DNA of 64,000 nt from Eubacteriales bacterium (lineage in GTDB: Bacteria > Bacillota > Clostridia > Oscillospirales > CAG-272): positions 71,360 to 135,359 of the forward strand of contig JAZRBV010000026.1 in assembly GCA_045635225.1 (NCBI GenBank), read 5' to 3'. Below the pieces are notes generated by a model that was not told the origin of the DNA, made no database searches, and worked only from the letters and a program-made list of their open reading frames with translations. The position numbers and the translations under genes were made by a program. Positions 58,163 to 64,000 of the stretch are shown here, one piece after another; within the stretch, counting starts at the first letter, position 1, and each line of letters begins with the position of its first letter.

Positions 58163-59215
58163 ATGAACAACGAAACATTGAAATTCATTCAAGGACAAAT
58201 CGGATATGTATTTAGAAATTCGGATTTGTTGCAGCAGGCATTTGTCAGACGTTCTTATTCAAAAGAGAACGGCGGAGAGGACAACGAGGTCTTAGAGTTT
58301 ATAGGTGATAAAGCTCTTGATTTTATTGTTGTCAAGTTACTCGCAGAGAAATACGGATCATATGCAGAGGACTATGATGATTATAATTCACATGAAGATT
58401 GCAACGAATTTGTTTCTGATTTCAGAGAAGGAAAATTGACTGAAATTAAGAAAAAGCTAGTTTGTCGTGAGATGCTATCAAGTCGAATTAGAATGTTTGG
58501 CTTTCAGTATGAATTGATCATGGGAAAAAGTGATATTGATCAGCAAATCTTAGAGCAAGAGTCAGTACAGGAGGATCTTTTTGAAGCGATTATTGGTGCA
58601 GTAGCACTTGATTCAAAATGGGATTTAAATGTTTTAACAAATGTTTTGGACCTAATGTTAGATCCAAATTTTTATTTAGAAAATGGCTTTGATGAGCAAG
58701 TAAATTACGTGGAATTACTCCAACAATGGTATCAAAAAAAGCATCATAATATTCCGGTGTATTGCTATAGGAAAATTGATTTTCCTACTCCCGGTCTTAC
58801 CTATAACGATTTGGGGAAATATAGATGCCAATTAGGTCTATATCCTTTAGAGGGAGGATTTGAAGCTGTAGGTGAAACAAAAAGCAAATCAAGAATGGTT
58901 GTTGCTGAGCAAGCATACCGATACCTTCAAGAAAACGGTTTGTTGGTCACATGGATAGATGAAATAGGTGAACCTAGTATAGAGAGAGCGATAAATCAAT
59001 TACAGGAACTTTACCAAAAAGGTTATATTGGAGAGCCGTGGTACGATTTCACTGAAACATATGATGAGGATGGGAACCCACTTTGGCACTGTGAATGTCA
59101 TGTAGAGGGTAGTGAGATCTATTTTGAGGATGAGTATACATCTAAAAAATATGGCAAGAAAGCAGTAGCGTATGATATGCTTTGTGATATCCTCGGTTGG
59201 GAGGATGAAAAATGA
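58163..59215 (+). CDS. RNase III-domain protein with an insertion in the nuclease domain and two C-terminal dsRBD-like repeats (350 aa)
   Basis: RBS AAGGAGG at 58145-58151. The RNase III signature NEVLEFIGDKAL and the second catalytic block QEDLFEAIIGAVALDS are both intact. First dsRBD-like repeat: NYVELLQQWYQKK...P.Y...AVGETKSKSRMVVAEQAYRYL. Second: INQLQELYQKGYIGEPWY...TSKKYGKKAVAYDML. Confidence 0.8.
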   Translation: MNNETLKFIQGQIGYVFRNSDLLQQAFVRRSYSKENGGEDNEVLEFIGDKALDFIVVKLLAEKYGSYAEDYDDYNSHEDCNEFVSDFREGKLTEIKKKLVCREMLSSRIRMFGFQYELIMGKSDIDQQILEQESVQEDLFEAIIGAVALDSKWDLNVLTNVLDLMLDPNFYLENGFDEQVNYVELLQQWYQKKHHNIPVYCYRKIDFPTPGLTYNDLGKYRCQLGLYPLEGGFEAVGETKSKSRMVVAEQAYRYLQENGLLVTWIDEIGEPSIERAINQLQELYQKGYIGEPWYDFTETYDEDGNPLWHCECHVEGSEIYFEDEYTSKKYGKKAVAYDMLCDILGWEDEK

Positions 59216-59424
59216 AAACAAGGCTAAAAGAATTGCGAGTAGAAAAAGGATATACTCAACAAGAGGTTGCAAATGCAATTATGTGTGCCGTAAGCACATA
59301 TGCTCATTATGAAAAAGACGAACGCTGGATGGACCAAGATACATTAATCAAACTATCAAAGCTTTTCGGTGTTACTACAGACCACATTTTGTATAACGAC
59401 GTAAAAGGAGTGCTAAATGGTTGA
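59212..59424 (+). CDS. XRE-family helix-turn-helix protein (70 aa)
   Basis: LKELRVEKGYTQQEVANAI.....TYAHYEK......D.LIKLSKLFGVTTDHIL is a classic HTH_3 pattern. ATGA start/stop overlap with the upstream gene. Confidence 0.85.
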   Translation: MKTRLKELRVEKGYTQQEVANAIMCAVSTYAHYEKDERWMDQDTLIKLSKLFGVTTDHILYNDVKGVLNG

Positions 59425-60442
59425 TATTAATGATTATAGAGAAGAAAAATCTTGTGCCTATAAGTATGAAGAATATTTGGTTAGAGATAACGGTGCAGTA
59501 TTAAGGAAATCTCGTCCGGATCAAAGGGCACGAAAACTTGATAACGAGTGGACTTTTGGAAAACCTAACATAAAAAACGGTTATCTTGAAATTGCATCAG
59601 TTCGTGTTCATCGTATTGTGGCTTTGGCATTTCACGGAGAACCGCCAACAAAGGAACATATTGTTGATCATATTGATACTAATAGACAAAACAATAGACC
59701 TACCAATTTAAGGTGGGTAACAAGACTTGAAAATGTTGTGCTCAATGAGGTCACTCGAAAGAGAATTGAATATCGAACAGGCGTAAGTATATACGAATTT
59801 TTGGAGAATCCTGCAAATTATAGAGATGCTTTTGAAGATCCGGATTTTAGTTGGATGCGACGTGTTACCGAAGAAGAAGCTAAAGTCTGTTTAGAGAATG
59901 TAAGAAAATGGAGTAAGGATAGAAACGAATCCTCCTCCAATCAAGGCTCTAAATTAGGGGGATGGGTTTATCGACCGCAATACAATGAAAAGAAAAATAT
60001 TGGGAATTCCAACGTATTTATCCAATCACGCCGTTATGCTCTGGAAGAAAAATTAGATGTCATCGATTCCTTGACGACCATGGCAAAGCAAAAGGATTGG
60101 AAAACGCCTACCAAGTTTGTTTGTTGTCCGGAAAAGGTTGATGGCGATCCGATTTTGTGCTATTTGGAAAATGTCCACGAAGATGCAATTTTTACGGAAA
60201 ATCAGTATGGAGAATCCACCATTGTAAAATACGCTTCTGTCGACAACAAAGCAATTGTTATTATCACGGCTATTCCATCATCAATTAAGCCTTTGGCATT
60301 AGTAAAAGTAACATACGAAAATGGATATTACCTACATACGAGTTTAGGTTCATTCTTTACAGATGAAGGGGCGGAAAAGCAATTTACACTTGCACAGGGC
60401 TTGGAGTGGGCTGGCGGAGATAGCATAGATGATTACTGTTAG
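59417..60442 (+). CDS. HNH_3-type (phage homing-endonuclease-like) nuclease domain protein with an unassigned ~200-aa C-terminal region
   Basis: YLVRDNGAVL (NUMOD4-like), then VHRIVALAFHG.....HIVDHIDTNRQNNRPTNLRWVTRLEN (His-Asn-His core). An 8-nt overlap with the XRE gene. No family recognised for the C-terminal half. Confidence 0.75.
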   Translation: MVDINDYREEKSCAYKYEEYLVRDNGAVLRKSRPDQRARKLDNEWTFGKPNIKNGYLEIASVRVHRIVALAFHGEPPTKEHIVDHIDTNRQNNRPTNLRWVTRLENVVLNEVTRKRIEYRTGVSIYEFLENPANYRDAFEDPDFSWMRRVTEEEAKVCLENVRKWSKDRNESSSNQGSKLGGWVYRPQYNEKKNIGNSNVFIQSRRYALEEKLDVIDSLTTMAKQKDWKTPTKFVCCPEKVDGDPILCYLENVHEDAIFTENQYGESTIVKYASVDNKAIVIITAIPSSIKPLALVKVTYENGYYLHTSLGSFFTDEGAEKQFTLAQGLEWAGGDSIDDYC

Positions 60443-60500
60443 TGTTCCTGAATAAGCCAAAAATCCCCTAAGTGGTCAAACATGTGGTCAAAGGCAAAAA

Positions 60501-60550
60501 ATGGGCTTGATCACCCATCGAAGCAGGGAAAAACAAGCCCATTATTTTTA
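60501..60550 (+). terminator. Possible terminator of the islet operon
   Basis: ATGGGCTTG (60501-60509) pairs with CAAGCCCAT (60534-60542) and is followed by TATTTTTATT. The loop is unusually large at 24 nt. Confidence 0.4.
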
Positions 60551-60592
60551 TTGCGAAAACACGAGATTTCAAGAGATTTAACAATGAAAAAC

Positions 60593-60621
60593 AAAAGCCT
60601 GCGAAACTTCGCAGGCTTTTT
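60593..60621 (-). terminator. Terminator of the tRNA-Arg/tRNA-His operon (bidirectional hairpin)
   Basis: AGCCTGCGAA/TTCGCAGGCT stem with T-runs on both strands. Confidence 0.8.
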
Positions 60622-60625
60622 AATA

Positions 60626-60703
60626 TGGGGTGAAATATGGGATTCGAACCCACGACCTCCAGGGCCACAACCTGGCGCTCTAACCAACTGAGCTAATTCC
60701 ACC
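60626..60703 (-). tRNA. tRNA-His (GUG)
   Basis: A hand-folded cloverleaf with anticodon loop TTGTGGC, encoded G-1 opposite C73, and encoded CCA. Confidence 0.93.
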
Positions 60704-60708
60704 GTCTA

Positions 60709-60785
60709 TGGCGTGCCTTGAGGGACTCGAACCCCCGACCTACTGCTTAGAAGGCAGTTGCTCTATCCAGCTGAGCTAAAGGCAC
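60709..60785 (-). tRNA. tRNA-Arg (UCU)
   Basis: Acceptor GTGCCTT/AAGGCAC, anticodon loop CTTCTAA, TTCGAGT T-loop, and encoded CCA. Confidence 0.93.
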
Positions 60786-60804
60786 ATTCTCAAGACGCTA
60801 ATAT

Positions 60805-60833
60805 ATTATATCAGCATAAATTGAATTTGTCAA
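60805..60833 (-). promoter_or_regulatory. Consensus sigma-A promoter of the tRNA operon
   Basis: On the minus strand: TTGACA, a 17-nt spacer, then TGaTATAAT. Confidence 0.75.
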
Positions 60834-60859
60834 TAGATTTTATGAAGTTTTTTAGAAAA

Positions 60860-60906
60860 AATGAAAAAATAATGGGGAAAAGCGATCGGAAAGAAGTTTT
60901 CCCCAT
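60860..60906 (-). terminator. Rho-independent terminator after the ABC transporter operon
   Basis: ATGGGGAAAA/TTTTCCCCAT stem followed on the minus strand by a T-run. Confidence 0.7.
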
Positions 60907-61487
60907 TATAGTTTTACAGTTAACTCTGCTAACTCGTCAATATCGCGGTGGTTATGCGAGCTGAAGATAATCAGCCTATTTCTTGATAGCTCGCGTAGAA
61001 TGTTATAAAGTCTATCGACAAGAGCCTCGTCTATCTCCTTGGTAGGCTCGTCGAGAATGAGTATCTTTGAATCTTTCATGATTGCTCGCGCAAGATTTGC
61101 ACGTTGCTTCATACCGCCGGATAGCTCGCTCGGTCGAAGCTGTAAATCACTCTCGGTGAACCCAAGCTTAAATAGAACGGCTGACGCGTATATAACGTCG
61201 TCATTTTTAGGATGCTCCATGGCAACGAGTACGTTATCAAGTAAGCTTAAATGGTCAAAAAGTCGGTATTCCTGAAAGGCAAAGGAGCATTTTTTAATGC
61301 CTGCGCCTTGTATCACGCCGTCATAGCTATTGTCAAGTCCTGCGATCATGCGAAGAAGCGTGGTCTTACCAACACCGCTTTTGCCGGTGATAGCAACTAT
61401 GCCGCATTCGGGGAAATCAAAGCTGAATCCGTCAAATAAAACGTTGTTACCAAAGCTTTTTGTCAAGCCTTCTATCTTCAGAGCCAA
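60906..61487 (-). CDS. ABC transporter ATP-binding protein (short, NitT/TauT-like)
   Basis: Walker A GKSGVGKTT, signature LSGGMKQR, and Walker B ILILDEP. Confidence 0.9.
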   Translation of the reverse strand: MALKIEGLTKSFGNNVLFDGFSFDFPECGIVAITGKSGVGKTTLLRMIAGLDNSYDGVIQGAGIKKCSFAFQEYRLFDHLSLLDNVLVAMEHPKNDDVIYASAVLFKLGFTESDLQLRPSELSGGMKQRANLARAIMKDSKILILDEPTKEIDEALVDRLYNILRELSRNRLIIFSSHNHRDIDELAELTVKL

Positions 61488-62242
61488 CTTTTTACCCTCC
61501 TCATCAGTATTTTAGTAGCGAATTCCAGAATGATACTCATGAATATGATAACGATTGTCCACGCAAATACGCGAGGAGTGTCAAAATCGGTTTTCGCGTT
61601 ATTGATCATATATCCTATAGAATTTTTAGTATAAGCTATTATTTCTGCAGCTATCTCCGATTTCCAGGCGAGGCCGACTGCTGTAATAAGAGCGGGGATA
61701 AGATACCTGATGAGAGCAGGGAAAACGAGGAGCTTGAAGCGCTTAAAATATGAAAATCCGAATATATCAGCAACCTCGGCGAGTCCTTTATCGATAGAAG
61801 CATATCCATCCATTAAATTTTGCCATATAAGCGGCATAACCATTAAAAAGGCTACGAACACCGAGAGCGCACTGCCACTCAACATTATCCAAAGAATTAC
61901 GATGAAGGATGCAACAGGAGTAGATCTTATCACCGTGATAGCCGGTGTGAGTATGACCCTCACAGTGTAAAAGCGGTGTGAGAGCATAGCGAGCAGAACT
62001 CCAATCGCAGTGCCGAGCAACAGACCAAGCACGACACGTAAAAGTGTTGATAGCACCGTCAGATAAAATGTCGACTCACCTACGATGGAGCATAGCTCGT
62101 AGAAGGTGTCCGATACTGTCGGCAGTAAAAATGTGCTGTCAACGTACAGTGCGTAGATCTGCCACGCTCCCAGCCAAAATATGACCGGGAGCATGACTGT
62201 AAGAATAGACTTGAAACTAATCTTCATAATAGAATTTTGCAT
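61478..62242 (-). CDS. ABC transporter permease (binding-protein-dependent transport family)
   Basis: Six TM segments and an EAA-like loop (AEVADIFGFSYFKRFKLLVFPAL). Confidence 0.85.
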   Translation of the reverse strand: MQNSIMKISFKSILTVMLPVIFWLGAWQIYALYVDSTFLLPTVSDTFYELCSIVGESTFYLTVLSTLLRVVLGLLLGTAIGVLLAMLSHRFYTVRVILTPAITVIRSTPVASFIVILWIMLSGSALSVFVAFLMVMPLIWQNLMDGYASIDKGLAEVADIFGFSYFKRFKLLVFPALIRYLIPALITAVGLAWKSEIAAEIIAYTKNSIGYMINNAKTDFDTPRVFAWTIVIIFMSIILEFATKILMRRVKSWL

Positions 62243-63200
62243 CAGGTACCTTGAATCCGATGGCAGTGTAGAAAGCCTCGAGAGTCTCTCTCATATCGTC
62301 ACCGTCGATATATCCAATATTCTCACCGAGATTACCAAGTGCCTTTTTTGCAGCAGGTGCGGCATCTAAAATACCACTTTTTACTACTAAATTTGCGGCA
62401 GAATCGATATTGGTGCTTGTGGAAATATACTCGATAGAATCCTCGTACTCATCAAGGAAGCTTTCGATAAGTGCTTTGTTATCTTTTACATAGTCGGCGC
62501 GTGCTACGATACAACCCATAGTCACAGGAGTGTCAAGCACTTCGCTCCATGCCTTACCAAGGTCAAGATCGATAGAATATGCAATATCGGTATTGCCGTT
62601 TTTCTGGATAGTAAGAAGAGAAGACGTTATGATAGGCTCGGGCATGACGGCTATGGGGAGCTTGCCCTCAACGACGAGAGCGCCGATATCCTTGGGCTCG
62701 GGGATGTCCTTACCGTCGAATGTTGTAGAGACGGTTGCATTTACTCCGTGAGCACGAAGCACGTATTCGAGTACAGGCTTGGGAGTGCCGGTGGAGCAGG
62801 TGTATATCGTCTGTCCATTAAGATCGGAAAGTGAGCTCACCGTTGTTGTCTTATCAGTAACCACGTATAGAGAATTGAGACAGTTAACTGCGAGCACTAC
62901 GATACCGCCGTTTTTGTTATAAAAGTTTGCCGCTAGGTTTGTGGGTACGCATGCGACGTCGATCTTCTTGTCAATGAGATCTGTAAGAGCACCTTGCGCG
63001 TTGTTCGCGTAGTTTGCGAAGGTGTACTTATCATTTCCTTCGGTGCCACCGTTATCCTGTATCAGCTTCGCCATTCCCATACCGGTGGGACCTTTGAGAT
63101 ATCCAATGTCGAGAACGTTATCGCGCTCTGCGGGAGTGCACGAGAAGAGTGTAAGTGCAAGCGTAGCAATTAAGATTAAGATTGAAATCGTCTTTTTCAT
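62217..63200 (-). CDS. ABC transporter substrate-binding lipoprotein (NMT1/SsuA-like)
   Basis: Lipobox LTLFSC, and periplasmic-binding-protein-like sequence. Overlaps the permease gene. Confidence 0.8.
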   Translation of the reverse strand: MKKTISILILIATLALTLFSCTPAERDNVLDIGYLKGPTGMGMAKLIQDNGGTEGNDKYTFANYANNAQGALTDLIDKKIDVACVPTNLAANFYNKNGGIVVLAVNCLNSLYVVTDKTTTVSSLSDLNGQTIYTCSTGTPKPVLEYVLRAHGVNATVSTTFDGKDIPEPKDIGALVVEGKLPIAVMPEPIITSSLLTIQKNGNTDIAYSIDLDLGKAWSEVLDTPVTMGCIVARADYVKDNKALIESFLDEYEDSIEYISTSTNIDSAANLVVKSGILDAAPAAKKALGNLGENIGYIDGDDMRETLEAFYTAIGFKVPDAKFYYED

Positions 63201-63871
63201 TTTGTCATTTCCTCCAATTTGTCTTTTTGAATAATCGTGATATATTTGTTTTCTGCCGTAATATATCCGCTTGTTTCTAGATTTTTAAGCGAACGGTAAA
63301 CCGATGTCCGTCCGGCACCGATGGACTCGGAGCAGCGTTTCATATTGAGTGACATAGTGTCACAGTTGAGGCGCTTAGATTCATTTAATAGAAAGGATGA
63401 TAGCTTCGAGTCGACGGTCGATCTCGATACCGTACCTATCCGTCTGTTGAGAAACGATACGCGACGTGCCAAGAATTCGATCACGTTTATAGCAACGCGC
63501 GGCGACGATTCGATCATACGAAGAAGCTCGTCCTTAGGAATGAATAGTATCTCGGAGTTTTTTCTGGCATAGATGCGGGTAGGGAATTGCTCCTCTTGAT
63601 CAAAAACTGCCAGCACACCGAACGAATCGCACTCTCGGAGAGTGTTGAGTATTATCTTTCCGTCCTCGTGGGAGCGTTGAATGACCTCACATTCACCGGA
63701 GATGATGAAGCCGACCTCACATCGGTACTCATCGGGAGAATATATCGTCTCATTTCTCGCATAGCTCCGGATGTCGCAGCTGACACTACACGTCAGACGC
63801 GACAGCTCGTCGTCCTGTATCCCTTTGAACAGAAATATTTTTTTGTAGAAATCTTCTTTACACTTAATAAT
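63197..63871 (-). CDS. Crp/Fnr-family transcriptional regulator; start codon uncertain
   Basis: The track ORF (139 aa, GTG start) is only the C-terminal half. The same frame stays open to 63910 and encodes a cNMP-binding-like N-terminal part (KKIFLFKGIQDDELSRL...FGVLAVF). There is no in-frame ATG/GTG/TTG upstream of 63616. ATT codons at 63871-63866 follow GGTGGTGA. Confidence 0.6.
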   Translation of the reverse strand: MIKCKEDFYKKIFLFKGIQDDELSRLTCSVSCDIRSYARNETIYSPDEYRCEVGFIISGECEVIQRSHEDGKIILNTLRECDSFGVLAVFDQEEQFPTRIYARKNSEILFIPKDELLRMIESSPRVAINVIEFLARRVSFLNRRIGTVSRSTVDSKLSSFLLNESKRLNCDTMSLNMKRCSESIGAGRTSVYRSLKNLETSGYITAENKYITIIQKDKLEEMTK

Positions 63872-64000
63872 ATCACCACCAAACGTGAAAAGTGTTTCAT
63901 CTGGAACATATTATACAACGATATTATGCTTATGTCAATACTTTTCGTGTTAAAATTGATAAAAAAATAACGAAGTTCGATCTCGATATAAAAAAAGTCG

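Larger units (their letters stand above)
57886..60592 (+). other. Low-GC accessory islet carrying a three-gene operon (RNase III-like / XRE / HNH)
   Basis: Hand-counted G+C is 23/60 at 58201-58260 against 32/60 at 57661-57720. Codon usage shifts to A/T-ending codons. The islet is bounded by the terminator of the ADH remnant and the terminator of the tRNA operon. Confidence 0.7.

Noticed and set aside
57884-58198. 104-aa minus-strand ORF over the islet promoter and leader
   Set aside because: It is an AT-rich chance ORF that overlaps the promoter and the start of the RNase III-like gene. It has no RBS. The region is better explained as a leader.
57886-60622. Possibility that the RNase III and HNH genes signal a CRISPR-Cas9-type locus (Cas9 carries HNH and uses RNase III with tracrRNA)
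   Set aside because: The window contains no repeat-spacer array, no RuvC-containing large protein and no cas1 or cas2. The HNH protein is of the small HNH_3 homing-endonuclease type.
57886-60622. Classical tRNA-targeted integrative element with integrase and att repeats
   Set aside because: No integrase or recombinase ORF is present. I found no direct repeat of the tRNA-His 3' end at the left boundary. The tRNA operon keeps its own terminator, so the insertion is beside the tRNA gene rather than within it.
60482-60702. 63-69-aa ORFs overlapping the tRNA genes
   Set aside because: They overlap two well-folded tRNA genes and a terminator hairpin. They are not coding.
1-64000. CRISPR arrays, rRNA genes, transposases or IS elements, and reverse transcriptases anywhere in the window
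   Set aside because: Visual scanning found no regularly spaced direct repeats, no rRNA-like sequence and no ORF with transposase, integrase or RT motifs. A dedicated repeat finder was not run, so short or degenerate repeats could have been missed.

Overview
The window is a core chromosomal segment of an endospore-forming Firmicute, Clostridia-like, with hand-counted samples near 50-55% G+C. Almost all of it is densely packed, recognisable housekeeping and sporulation genes. In order these are: the start of a dcw cluster (mraZ-rsmH-PBP); ispD-ispF; rpe; ruvAB; the nusB/xseAB/tlyA/nadK/argR/recN block; murB-whiA-dnaE; a Clp-type ATPase; spoIIGA-sigE; rpmE; hflX; dnaG-rpoD; a TkmA/PtkA/PtpZ-like tyrosine-kinase module; glcK; rplS; uppP; xpt-ung; a solitary mazF/endoA-like toxin; sigK; a Bacillus-type long SRP RNA followed by dnaX-ybaB-recR; spo0A; a CDF transporter; nfeD-SPFH; a tRNA-Arg/tRNA-His operon; and a NitT/TauT-type ABC transporter with a Crp/Fnr regulator. 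The one clearly foreign segment is a ~2.7 kb low-GC islet at about 57.9-60.6 kb. It lies between a truncated alcohol-dehydrogenase remnant and the tRNA operon terminator. It carries a consensus promoter, a ~200-nt leader with a long-range helix, and three translationally coupled genes: an enlarged RNase III-domain protein with two dsRBD-like repeats, a 70-aa XRE HTH protein, and an HNH_3-type nuclease with an unassigned C-terminal half. I cannot match this trio to any named defence, toxin-antitoxin or mobile system, so it is my best candidate for an undescribed system. All calls rest on reading the sequence and the ORF translations by eye. No database search, folding or alignment program was run.
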